This document shows, one piece after another, positions 11,188-22,350 of a DNA stretch of 64,000 bases; position 1 is the stretch's first letter; every line of letters starts with the position of its first letter. Under the pieces are notes generated by a model. The model saw nothing but the letters and a program-made list of their open reading frames with translations. It did no database searches and was not told where the DNA came from. Made by a program: the position numbers and the translations under genes. The stretch is from Penicillus capitatus (Eukaryota; Plantae; Chlorophyta): contig OZ287699.1 of NCBI GenBank assembly GCA_965649825.1, positions 372,001 to 436,000 on the forward strand, in the 5' to 3' direction.

Positions 11188-14100
11188 ATGACCGACCTCG
11201 ACGGGCCGAGGTGCGCGACAACAGCGCGAGACCACGAGCTCCGATTCGTGCCTATTTTTCAGGGAGGCCGACGCGAGGACGGAAATTTGAGTCCAAGACT
11301 CAACGTTTATCAGGCTTCGAAGGTGATAGGCCCCTTTCCGATGACTTGTATGCAACTATGTATTCAACAGATGTGGGACCCTGTGAGCGTCGTCAACACG
11401 TTTCCCTCGCACACTTCTCTTCCTCGATGCCGCGAAAAGGGCTCTTCGGTTCTCTTCTCCAGAGAATTCGACGGCGGACAAGCTCAGCGCATCAAATCAC
11501 GCATGACAAGGGGCACTGCTGCCAAAAACACGCCCCCGGTCAGCTCAACTTGGCCGCCTCTCCCTCAGACTGAACGGCACAGCTCCCGAGGTTCGACCCT
11601 CGATCGCGCAGAGGTGCGGTGTTTCTTGTCTCGTTCCGGCCTGCAGCTCTCCTCACAGGGAAACCAAAAGAAGATCTGCGAGATCGAGCTGGAGGGACAC
11701 GGTCTCGTGCAGATCCTTCAGGTCCGAGGGAGGCTTGCAGGGAGGATTGTCGAGCGAGCGGGACCGTTCTCGAGGAGGATTACCGTTCCGCTCTTCTCCA
11801 AGGGTTTCTCCGATCCAGAAGAAGCGACACGGGGATTGGCTCGCCTGCCGCCGAGCGCCGTCCGCCGTCGCGTTCACGTCCTTTCCGACAGAGAGAATGG
11901 CGTGGAGACGTTCATCTACGTGGGGGATCTAGGACTTCTCGGTGGCGGAGACAGAGAGCCCCCGGCTGGCGGCGGCGCGCTCGGACGCCAAGCTGCCGCC
12001 AGCTCCCGGCCAGAGAAGAAGCACTCTCTGGTCTCGCCCGACATCTTTCGCCACTATGCCGGGAGGAAGGAAGAATTCAGCGAACTCTTCGAGGCGTTCA
12101 CCTCAAGCGGCGAGTCGGTCGTCGTCAAGGCAATCGCCGGCCCGGCCGGCATAGGAAAGACGCAGCTCGCAATAAAGGTGTTCGAGTGGCTCAAGATGAA
12201 GGGCAGCTACGACCACACCTTCTGGATCCCTTCGGACTCGAAGGAAAACCTTTCCGCCGCCTTCCTGAACATGGCAGACTACCTGGAGATCTCTGCAGAC
12301 GACGAGATCCCTGTGTTCGTCGGCCGCGTTCACCAGGAGCTCGGAGGGTCGCGATGCCTCTACGTCTTCGACGACGCCTTTGATCTCGAACTGATCCGCG
12401 AGTACCTTCCACCGGAGGTCGGGCATGCGATTGTCACGACGCGAAACGCTGTAGCAGGGAGCTGGGAGGGCGACACGGTGCAGCTCGGGCCGTTCGACGA
12501 GTGCGATGCGTGGTTCCTTGCGCACAGCTTCGGATACACCCGGTCGCCGCACTCGGAGGGTCTGGACGATTTGATCGAGTTGCTGCCTCCCTACCCGCTC
12601 ACTCTGGCGCAGTTCTTCTCGATGATGAAGTACGAGGGCGTGCCGAGCCCCGCCGAATGGCTGCAACAGGTGGAACGGTACGCCCCTTCGAGATACGAAG
12701 CCGGGGTCGTAGAGATGCTCTCCGAAGAGCACGACGTCAGAGGAGCCAGCGCGATGGTCTACCTGTTTCGCTCGAACGTGCTGAGCATTCTGAGGGAACC
12801 CGACGACCTTGGAACGCACTGTCTCGACACACTCATCAGGCTGTCGCTGCTGGACCCTAATGGGGTGCCCATCAAGTGGGTGTGCGAATGGCACGGACAA
12901 GGAGATCGGCAATCCGAAGCAGAGGCGCAGACATCCGTAAAGCTTCTCGAGCACTACTCGTATGTCTCGTGGAACGAGAAGAACAATCAAATCTACATTC
13001 ACGCAGAGACACAGCTCCTTGCGAGACACCTGCTCTTACACAGCAACGAAGCAATTCCCGAATGGAGAGAGAAGCTCGCGAAAAAGGCCGAAGACAGAGC
13101 AAAAGATCACATCAAGACCATCGTCCATTCGATAAGGAAATACACCAGCGACTGGAGAACGGATCGTTCGAACCGAGAATCGTGGACGTCGCTCGCGCGG
13201 AACGGGGTCTCGCTCCTCAAACACTGCGAAGAGAGCAACGACATTGGCGTGGAGTTGAAGCTAGTCGAGCACATTGCATGGGCTTACTCTAAGCTGTGCA
13301 TGTTTCGCGAGTGGCTCTCCTACCGTCAAAGAGCCCTCGACGTGTGCGAGCGCCTCAAAGGCGACGCGGACCATCCGGATCTCGTCCAATGCATCCGGAA
13401 CTACGCCGTCGGACTCTCGCGAGTCGGAAGAGACAGCGAAGCACTGCCGTTCCGCAAGAGAGCGCTCGACATGTGCGAGCGCCTCAACGGCGACACGGAC
13501 CATCCGGACCTCGTCCAATGCATCCAGAGCTACGCCATCGGACTCGAGCGAGTCGGAAGAGACAGCGAAGCACTGCCGCTCTACAAGAGAGCCCTCGACA
13601 TGTGCGAGCGCCTCAACGGCGACGTGGACCATCCGGACCTCGTCCAATGCATCCGGAACTACTCCGCCGGACTCTCGCGAGCGGGAAGAGACACCGAAGC
13701 ACTGCCGTTCGACAAGAGAGCCCTCGACGTGTGCGAGCGCCTCCACGGCGACGCGGACCATCCGGACCTCGTCCAATGCATCCAGAGCTACGCCATCGGA
13801 CTCGAGCGAGTCGGAAGAGACAGCGAAGCACTGCCGCTCTACAAGAGAGCCCTCGACATGTGCGAGCGCCTCAACGGCGACGTGGACCATCCGGACCTCG
13901 TCCAATGCATCCGGAACTACTCCGCCGGACTCTCGCGAGCGGGAAGAGACACCGAAGCACTGCCGTTCGACAAGAGAGCCCTCGACATGTGCGAGCGCCT
14001 CAACGGCGACGTGGACCATCCGGACCTCGTCCAATGCATCCGGAACTACTCCGCCGGACTCTCGCGAGCGGGAAGAGACACCGAAGCACTGCCGCTCTAC

Positions 14101-14787
14101 AAGAGAGCCCTCGACATGTGCGAGCGCCTCAACGGCGACGCGGACCATCCGGACCTCGTCGACTGCATCCAGAGCTACGCCGTCGGACTCGAGCAAGTCG
14201 GAAGAGACACCGAAGCACTGCCGCTCTACAAGAGAGCCCTCGACATGTGCGAGCGCCTCAACGGCGACGCGGACCATCCGGACCTCGTCGAATGCATCCG
14301 GAACTACTCCGCCGGACTCTCGCGAGCGGGAAGAGACACCGAAGCACTGCCGTTCGACAAGAGAGCCCTCGACATGTGCGAGCGCCTCAACGGCGACGCA
14401 GACCATCCGGACCTCGTCGAATGCATCCAAAGCTACGCCGTCGGACTCGAGCAAGTCGGAAGAGACACCGAAGCACTGCCGCTCTACAAGAGAGCCCTCG
14501 ACATGTGTGAGCGCCTCAACGGCGACGCAGACCATCCGGACCTCGTCGAATGCATCCAGAGCTACGCCGTCGGACTCAAGCAAGTCGGAAGAGACAGCGA
14601 AGCACTGCCGCTCTACAAGAGAGCCCTCGACATGTGCGAGCGCCTCAACGGCGACGCGGACCATCCGGACCTCGTCGGATGCATCCGGGACTACGCCGTC
14701 GGACTCGAACGAGCGGGAAGAGACGAAGAAGCGTTGCCCTTGCGCGAGAGAGCAGAGGAAATGCGTAAGCGGCTTGGCAGTCAATAA
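11188..14787 (+). CDS. NLR-like STAND protein: N-terminal module + NB-ARC-type NTPase + 11 TPR-like repeats; intronless, 1199 aa (true start may be ATG 11503)
   Basis: Walker A GPAGIGKT (12139), Walker B LYVFDDA, sensor IVTTRN, GLPL-like YPLTLAQ, MHD-like IHAETQ, then kinesin-light-chain-type TPR units (DHPDLV..CI..Y..GL...GRD.EALP..KRALDMCERL). Confidence 0.93.
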   Translation: MTDLDGPRCATTARDHELRFVPIFQGGRREDGNLSPRLNVYQASKVIGPFPMTCMQLCIQQMWDPVSVVNTFPSHTSLPRCREKGSSVLFSREFDGGQAQRIKSRMTRGTAAKNTPPVSSTWPPLPQTERHSSRGSTLDRAEVRCFLSRSGLQLSSQGNQKKICEIELEGHGLVQILQVRGRLAGRIVERAGPFSRRITVPLFSKGFSDPEEATRGLARLPPSAVRRRVHVLSDRENGVETFIYVGDLGLLGGGDREPPAGGGALGRQAAASSRPEKKHSLVSPDIFRHYAGRKEEFSELFEAFTSSGESVVVKAIAGPAGIGKTQLAIKVFEWLKMKGSYDHTFWIPSDSKENLSAAFLNMADYLEISADDEIPVFVGRVHQELGGSRCLYVFDDAFDLELIREYLPPEVGHAIVTTRNAVAGSWEGDTVQLGPFDECDAWFLAHSFGYTRSPHSEGLDDLIELLPPYPLTLAQFFSMMKYEGVPSPAEWLQQVERYAPSRYEAGVVEMLSEEHDVRGASAMVYLFRSNVLSILREPDDLGTHCLDTLIRLSLLDPNGVPIKWVCEWHGQGDRQSEAEAQTSVKLLEHYSYVSWNEKNNQIYIHAETQLLARHLLLHSNEAIPEWREKLAKKAEDRAKDHIKTIVHSIRKYTSDWRTDRSNRESWTSLARNGVSLLKHCEESNDIGVELKLVEHIAWAYSKLCMFREWLSYRQRALDVCERLKGDADHPDLVQCIRNYAVGLSRVGRDSEALPFRKRALDMCERLNGDTDHPDLVQCIQSYAIGLERVGRDSEALPLYKRALDMCERLNGDVDHPDLVQCIRNYSAGLSRAGRDTEALPFDKRALDVCERLHGDADHPDLVQCIQSYAIGLERVGRDSEALPLYKRALDMCERLNGDVDHPDLVQCIRNYSAGLSRAGRDTEALPFDKRALDMCERLNGDVDHPDLVQCIRNYSAGLSRAGRDTEALPLYKRALDMCERLNGDADHPDLVDCIQSYAVGLEQVGRDTEALPLYKRALDMCERLNGDADHPDLVECIRNYSAGLSRAGRDTEALPFDKRALDMCERLNGDADHPDLVECIQSYAVGLEQVGRDTEALPLYKRALDMCERLNGDADHPDLVECIQSYAVGLKQVGRDSEALPLYKRALDMCERLNGDADHPDLVGCIRDYAVGLERAGRDEEALPLRERAEEMRKRLGSQ
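13330..14778 (+). repeat. Coding tandem array, 11 x 129 bp (43-aa TPR-like units) plus a partial unit
   Basis: The CATCCGGA motif recurs at a 129-bp period (13372, 13501, and so on). Eleven HPDLV motifs are present in the protein. Confidence 0.97.
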
Positions 14788-17700
14788 AATCTCCATCTTG
14801 ATCGGCTAACGTATTTTTATCTTCCAAGTTCCATTTGAAGGTTTCTACACATGTTTGTTTTTACATATCGTGGCCACGTCGTTAGGACTCTGGAAACGCG
14901 AACGACGATGAAGGCTTGTTGCATCACAAGGATTGTAAACACCTTTGTGGTGCGGATTAAATGGACTCGGAACGAACTAACGCGTTAAGCCGAATGCACG
15001 ATCACGTCGAATGCATCTCTCCTCGGTAAGTTGCGCGAAGCCGAGTCTGATGCCAATACGACAAAATCCGATATGCTGGCAATTGCGTTGATTGTTACGC
15101 TTCTACTATCGTACAAACTGCAGCATGGCTGTCGGTTGTGAGTTGGGTGTGATCGTTTCTCGATGACGAATTTGCAGTCGTTGCTCTTAATGTCGTCTTC
15201 TCATTCGATGTCATTAGCGTTTTGCGATTTTGCCACTCCATGCTGCTAGATTAGAGTGAGAAAACGGAGTTATCTGCTCTTCCTTTCCGGAGCTAGTGGT
15301 AAATGCTTTTCGTCTAGGTAGCTTTTTGCAATTTTCTTGCCGTTGGAGCGTCGATTGTAGAGAAGCGTAAAGTTGTGATATCGATATCGTTGCACTGCTT
15401 TCATCGACGGATCCCGATAACGTCGACTGAACAAAGGGGTGTTGCCAAGATTTGACGTGGCAATGTGACTGCCTCGTTTCCGATGGGTTCACGTCTTGGG
15501 GGGCGCAGGTAGAGTCATCTGAGGCGTCGCTCTCTGGCCATGGACGAGGGATGACTCACCTGTTCAGCGGGTCACATCGTTTTGGGCGTAGAAATGCGTA
15601 GGAGAGGAGACATTGAGACTCTCTGTTCTTGTAAGCTTTTGGACTCTGAGCGTGCCTTCGGCGTAAAACGTGTGTGAGCAACGCTCACCCTGGCTGACGA
15701 CGAGGCGCTAGCACCCTCGCGTGCCGTTGTTCCTTATCCACCGTTGTACCAGCATACTCCGTACTTATCGGCGCTAGACTTCTTCAGACAAGCGGAACGA
15801 GGAAATCCCGACGCTCGCCACGACGACACCCTAGCCGAGGACGAACCGCCCAGTCCGGGGGAGGACGGACCCACCGACGCAGAAGTTGACGAGGAAAGAC
15901 CTCAACGGGAGTCAGAGCAAGGGCGACAAGGGGCGCGACAATAGTAGCATTTGATTCTATCAGGCACGTGGTTCTTCTAGTAGGCGTCGTCTTACGTGCA
16001 GCATCACTTGCTGCAAACGCGTTCTCAGGTACAGATGCTTCATGTTTCGTGATTGTGTGTTTTCTTTGCGCCAACCGTTATAAGATCTAAACTCTAATCT
16101 TGTTTTTCGTCGTTCGTATTTCGTTCGACTATGTCGTTTGGTTAGTTCTTAGCAGTCCGTCAGTTAAAGCAGAGCTTTTTGTTGTAACACTCAACTGCTT
16201 TCACTCCTCAACTGCGTGAATTCCTCTGCTATCTTTAATTAACCGTTTAGTCTTACGTTAGTTTGTTGTCTTAGTTTTTGTAACTACTTGCATGTATGTC
16301 TTCTTTCTACGGACTGACTAACACTCACTTGTTGATCTTGTTTTCAAGAAGTCTCCTTTTTGGTGTTTTTTGTCGCGCAATGTCTTTTGGCTTTAAAGGT
16401 CGTCCGATTGCTAACTTCTTCTCGAGACACAATACCATATCACAAAGAGCCTTGCTTGCCAACACGAAGGAGAATGACGAATAATGGATGAAAAACAGCA
16501 TAAGAAAGCCATAGTGTGAACATATGTTTTGATTCTTTGTAAAATACGAAACGATCTTACAGTAAGATCTCACTAGGTCACCATCCTCCGATGTCGTTCT
16601 CACTCTTTGATACGCGCCGATCTTGTCTTGTACTTTATCTCCGTTTGTCTGATTTGGCTTCTCGGCTGGAGTAAGCACCCTTCCTATCTTTTAGTGAAAT
16701 CTCTTGTGCGTTTCCTTTCCGGGGACCTCCCTAATTATTTGCTAGTTTTCAGTTTTCATTGGCAGGTTCTCATTTCTTGTCATTTCTACTTTTTAACCTG
16801 TGAAACCCGTAACGCTCTTTCCATTGGACGAATTTTCAATCCTTTCGTTTTGCTTGACTCTTCACGAGCGCACTTTTCCTTCTTTGTACTCATGGATATT
16901 AACAACACATCCGTTCGACTTCCTTTACTCTCAAGCCTCCAAGTTCCTGGAAGAGGTGAGCCTACAGTGTTTGCATACCCTATTGCTATTTTAGAAGATC
17001 GATAATTTTTAACCTGATCTGCTGCTTTTACAGTCGGCAACGTGCTCTGTGCACGAATCTGTCGCTGGCAAAACTGGGATCTCCGGAAGGATGCAGGGGT
17101 ATGAATCAACATTCAATTAGTTTCGTTGGCCGGAAAGAGTCTTCCATGCAACCTGGAGTGCGAATGAAAATGGTCTGTTCCTCATCCTTGCCTTTGATGT
17201 GACGATTGTGACGTTTCGATGTCTGGCTCGCTGCTTTCGCGTCACCTTACTAAACGGACAACTCAAATGTTTGCCGGCACCATCCTCAGGTCAACCTCAC
17301 ATCGGCATTCACAACAATTTCGACGTCAGAATGCCGAATCTCAGCGAAATGTCATTGGAGTCCATGTGTTTTGAAAACTTCCATATCAATGTCATCTATG
17401 CAGCAACGTGTGACGGTTGGTTAACAGAGAGACACTCTATGCCAACAGCTGGGCGTCTGAGGTGTTCCTGGTGATCCCGGTTGTCGTACTCGAACGCGAA
17501 CAAACACTCGGCAATACTCTGCGTGTATGGGTTGCCGCACAGGTAACTTTCAAAAATAGCGAGGTGAGCGGCGCCGACATCAAATTCCCTTCGTTCCTGT
17601 CCTCACTTCAGACACAGCAGTTTGATAAATGACTAGCTGACCAAGTTCCCTGGGATCGTGGTTTTGATCTCTTGCATGTATGTACGATTGATCTTAGTAT

Positions 17701-18184
17701 TTATAATAGCGTTGGAGGGTGGATGGGTTTGAGTTGGAAAGTGTTCCCTTAGAAAGCAACAACTCTCAGATCTCCAGCGGCCTAGCAACGGGGAATCGAC
17801 AGTGATGGAATGCTTTCCTTTCTGGACAGGAGTGATGATCATTGACATCACCTTGAGCGAAAACCCTTGGAAGGAACAGGATCTTGTTCGGTGAACGATT
17901 CCTTTAGAGAGAGCAACAGTCTAACGTATGATACAATCTGCATATTCGAGGGCAGCGGACCTCAGATCAACTTCTCTTAGGTTTCTACCGTGTAACATGC
18001 GAATCCTTAAGCTGTGTATATCTCTCACACACATGTCACTCGTTGGACAAATTCGGTTGTCGGATCTTAATAGAATCTTCATTTTCTATCGTCTCTGCGG
18101 TCTCGACCTCACAATCGTGCAGAAGTCATTTCAACTACGGGCCCCAGTGTTGTACAGGGGCGCAAGTAATGTACAGCGGATTCA

Positions 18185-19403
18185 CTACTCTTCTATTTGA
18201 CGGAGGCGTTTGAGAGAGCACCAGGAATCATCTTCGGCATCGGTCGACGAAGAACAACTCTTGCGTTTCTTCTGCCTGGCGCCATGCTGCTCCTGTGCAC
18301 CGTCGATCAAACGATGAAAATAACCATAGTTCGGTTTCTCTATCATCCCCAGCGTCTTGCAGTGCGTCACCCACGAGACCAAAAAGAGAGGAACGCTCTT
18401 GGCCTACCCCACATATACTGCAGCGATGGAGATGACGTATGAAGGATTCACTTTGATCAGCGCTTTCCACCTTTTCTCGCGGCGTGTTGCCATCTTCGCC
18501 AAGTTCTGTCGTGTCCATCCTCCGTTCTCCACGGACGGTGACGCTGTGAGAAACCATGGCAGATCTCCAAGCCATATCTCCAACAAGGTGTATGCCAGAC
18601 TCTCCATGTCGTCTCGGTAGCTCTGATGCTGACCGCGCAGCGCAAAGGAGCTGGAGTAATCGGGTGTCCCGACGAAATCTGCCCGATCTCGCGTTTCCGA
18701 TTTCGGCACTTCGGCTGCCAATCCCAAGTCCACAATAAAGAGGGGACATGCATTTTCGTCACTCTCTTCTTCCTCCAGACCAAAGCAGAAATTCGAGGGC
18801 TACGCATGTCTCACACATTCGAGAAGACAAAAGAGTGAGCGATTTCGCTACTTTGATATCGCGATGGACGTATCCTGACCCATGGAGATAAGCCAAACTC
18901 TCGATCGCGGCATGCGCCACCTGAAAATACCTCTCCTTAGGGAAAGATGAATCGCCGACCGTGGACTGCAAACTCCTAAACGTCACATCATACAGCGACG
19001 CTGCCGCAATAGATCGCCGTCGCACTTTCCGAGCAGCTGCATGACAAGGTAGGGATGCAAACCGCCTCCGGGTACCTTGGCGATTCCTACGCATCAAGCG
19101 GCGTCGTTTCTTTGAACGAGCTCATCGCATCGGACCGGTCTCGACAACGTCTGGTATGCCGCGGCGATTGGCGACTCCCTTGCCGTAGTTCACCGCTTTG
19201 TAGGCGTGCCACTCTTCCATGTGTGTCATGGCATTGACGTCGGTGGCCTTTTCACGGTATTCGTCGTCGATCTTCTCTTTGCCGATCTTTATGGCGTAGA
19301 TCGTTCCGCTCTCGTCATCGCGACACTTGTACACCGAAGCGAATCCGCCGTGGCCAATCTGCTCCAGCAAAAGGTATTTGTCAAGGCGCTTTATTCGGTC
19401 CAT
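18185..19403 (-). CDS. Casein kinase 1 family Ser/Thr kinase, multi-exon
   Basis: IGHGGFASVY, YAIKIG, YVHRDIK, DLGLA (DFG variant), FVGTPDYSS and YRDDMESLAYTLL (CK1-type), PNYGYF, then a basic C-terminal tail. Confidence 0.88.
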
Positions 19404-19462
19404 GAGAAGGGAAAGGCACAAAAAGTGGATGCGCACGAGACAACTATCGTCGAAATGACGGT

Positions 19463-20634
19463 TCATGATGCGACAGCGCCGCCGGATGAGACGACGATGC
19501 GACTGAAGGGCCTTCCAAACCCCATTTCGGCAATGTCGGCACGCGGATCTCCGATCGCCTTGGCGGCCTTGAAGAAAAGAGAGCCTGAAGAAATGTTTGT
19601 TCGTGCAGAGAATGACAGCAAGAGACGAGCACTTCTGTTGTCTTTGACAGTAGGGAAGGTGCACATCCGAGTGACAACATCCATTCCTTCGATCACCCTT
19701 CCGATCACGAGATTCGTCGCATCGAGTTCCGGTGCCGCTCCCGTCGTGATGGCAAACCCCGTTCCATTTGGCCCTTTGCCTCCCCCTTCCTGCAGATCGT
19801 CGATGGATGCGCACGGAGCGTAAAGAGCGATGACGGACTTCGACGGTTTCGAACTTTCCTTTCACGGTGACGAGTTTCTTCTTTGGTGGACGCACGTTGG
19901 GGTCTTTAATGATCAGAGACACCACGCCCTTCGCATCGTGCACATGTCGCTTCTCATCCATTTCTGAAAACGACGTGCTCCTGCAAGGACGGACGCTTCA
20001 TGGGCTTACCTTTCTCGAGATCTTGTAGAGAATCGCCTCCGGTTATCGGAGAATCGGCCGTTTCGATGAAGGACAGAGCAGAGACGCCTCCGTTCACCAC
20101 ATAACGCTGCGTAACAGACATCCGATGCTATCTGGATCATCCGCGTGTCGATAGCACGTCAGTGAGGCGGATGAAACGGGTTGCTTGATAGCGAACGCCT
20201 TCTTTTCCGATGGCGAGATCGGCGAAACGCTGTGCTCCGATCGGCACGTCATCGTAAAGTTCGATGATCACACGGCCAAGCGGGTTTCGATCCGCACTGA
20301 TGTCGAGATAGACCTACATCTCTGCATTCCTCCGCATCGCTGTCGTGCTTGCGGCACTTCTGACCTGTCTGGATGTGTCGGTCACGTCCAGTTCGGTCGA
20401 CGACGCAGCGGCGACTTCTGCATAGGAGTTACCGTCGAGCAGCTCAGCGATCAGGGCCGAGGATAGAGCAAGAAACGTCGTTCGACGTGAGGGACGAAGG
20501 AAGACGCCATGTGTGTCGACGACGTCCGTTGCAGAAGGGCCAGCAGTTCGAGACGCGACGCGACAGACGACGCTACGCGAAGAGGCGGAAGGCAGTGCGA
20601 ATGCAGGAAACATTCTTTCAACCGTCCATGTCAT
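19463..20634 (-). CDS. CYP26-2: Thylakoid-lumen cyclophilin, CYP26-2-like
   Basis: Transit peptide plus twin-Arg signal (PSRRTTFLAL), VYLDIS..LGRVIIELY, GVVSLIIKDPNVRPPKKKLV, IGRVIEGMDVV, TVKDN..FFKAAKAIGDPRADIAEMGFGRPFSRIVV; these match my recollection of plant CYP26-2. Confidence 0.85.
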
Positions 20635-20673
20635 GCCGCTAGTGGATCCCTCCCCTCTCTCCGGCCGACCCGT

Positions 20674-22264
20674 TTACGACGCAGACGTCAATAGACCCTC
20701 ATCCGTCAAGACTTGACACTCTGAGGGCGTCAGACGCAAAGATGTCGTCGAACGATGACGAAGATCGGCACTGCATTCCGTCGGTCGTGCTGCGTTGTCT
20801 TGTATCATTCCGATGTCGCCGAGAATCGCCCGTGCGTTCCTCCTCAACGACGAATGACTGTGTGATTCAAGCGATCTGAGCAAAGGAGTGCATCCCATGA
20901 TGGCTACTCGATAACTGCAGACGAGGACATGCTGGCGGCGGATCTTTGTGGAGCAGCAGAGCAGGACCTGTTGATGCTCTCCATCGTCAGAAATTTGATA
21001 CAGGATGTGACGCAGACGAGCGTCTCCAGCTCTGACGGGTCTAGCGACAATGCACTCTTATCCTTCTTGCCGTTCCCCCCGCCTCCAGATCGAAGACATC
21101 TTTTTAGCATCGTAAAAGAGAAAAGATAGCCATCGAACTTTTGCGATCGCTGCCCTGGTGCACTATCTTCAAAAACAGAGAAGCCAGACGCGTGGCAGCA
21201 TCTGACTGGGCAAGGGTGCCGAAGATAGATGTGTTGCAGAGGAGGATACGAAGACAGTGCGTGGCCGCCTTCCGCGTATTTAGCTCCAGAATCGCTCGGT
21301 GAGGAATACGGAGGGATGAAGGTTTCACCTGCAACTCGCAGTCGAGATGCTGCCGCCTGTGCAAGAGATACGGAGCATTCCTGTCTAAACGGAGGTCCAA
21401 TGGCATCCAGCAATGGTGTCACTCCCCACACTGTCGCAATCTCCGTCTGAAGATCGGTGCTTCTTTCCAGGCACAGAGCCAGGCAGTCCAGAGTGCTCTG
21501 TGACACACTCCTTATCCGTCGAGATTGGCCTCGCTGAGATAGCCCCACTGATAGAGCGCGTTCTGTCCCGGCTCTGGTGATACCATACCAGCAAGCGCCT
21601 GGTAGGTTGTAAGATGCGCATCTTGCATGGACGTCGATGCTCTGAAATGGGTCGAGAGAGAGATATGAATGCGACTGAGCGAGTGATAGACAGGTACCAC
21701 TGACAGAAAGCGTTGGAGCAGTTGAGCAATCTCTGCTTTGAGGTCGTCTCTGCTGGAATGGCGCAACAGTCTCACCATCTTTTCCATTGAGGACGAGTCC
21801 TTGATGAGGTCCAAGTTCCCATTGACAGTCTGCAAAGCATCCATCGATTGTTCGGAGAGGTCGTCACACAAGAGAACCTGTTCAATCGCAGAAAGCGCCG
21901 CCAGCACTTTGATCAGAGGAAGAAGGGTCCATTCATCGTTGCTTGTCTCGAAGACCGCCAGGAGAAGAGGCAGAGAGCTCATGCCCTTTGAGCTTTTCGC
22001 CTCAGCAAGTCTGTCCAAAAATGCAGGATCTTGTTGACACAGGATCTGCAAGATGCCTGGCAATGAAGGCGGCAGACGTGACAAACACTTGGAAGGCAAA
22101 GGGAGCACACAGGTCACACAGCATCGCATTGCCGGATCGAGATGTGCGCTTTCCAGAGTCGTAAGCAAGACCTTCGGGAGATCTGGAAACTGAAGCAAGG
22201 CATCTGGTGCGTTTCTTGCATGATAGGACAGCAGAAATGCTGCATGTTCCTTTATGATAAGCAT
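20674..22264 (-). CDS. ARM/HEAT-repeat protein of unknown function, multi-exon
   Basis: Leu-rich helical ARM-like segments (LLPLIKVLAALS, MEKMVRLLRHSSRDDLKAEIAQLL, GCTPLLRSLESHSHSSLRRNARAIL). Confidence 0.6.
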
Positions 22265-22350
22265 GTATCACCCTCTGTTGTATTCTAGTATCCTTACTGC
22301 ATCGATCGCACTCTCCTTGGCATTAGATTTCTGAAAAAGGCCGAATTCCT

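Noticed and set aside
11585-11600. tRNA T-loop-like GGTTCGA (a similar one lies near 59548)
   Set aside because: Both lie within protein-coding regions and no cloverleaf can be built around them.
12994-13015. MHD-like motif reading IHAETQ as a sign of autoactivation
   Set aside because: NB-ARC-TPR proteins of bacteria and fungi usually lack the plant MHD Asp, so the change is uninformative.
13261-14809. Long alternative-frame and antisense ORFs (511, 511 and 404 aa) over the TPR array
   Set aside because: They arise because the 129-bp unit lacks stops in those frames; the products are repetitive and have no recognisable fold.
19122-19961. 279-aa ORF suggesting a cyclophilin-kinase fusion
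   Set aside because: It reads through cyclophilin introns and out of frame across the last cyclophilin exons; the cyclophilin has its own stop at 19463.
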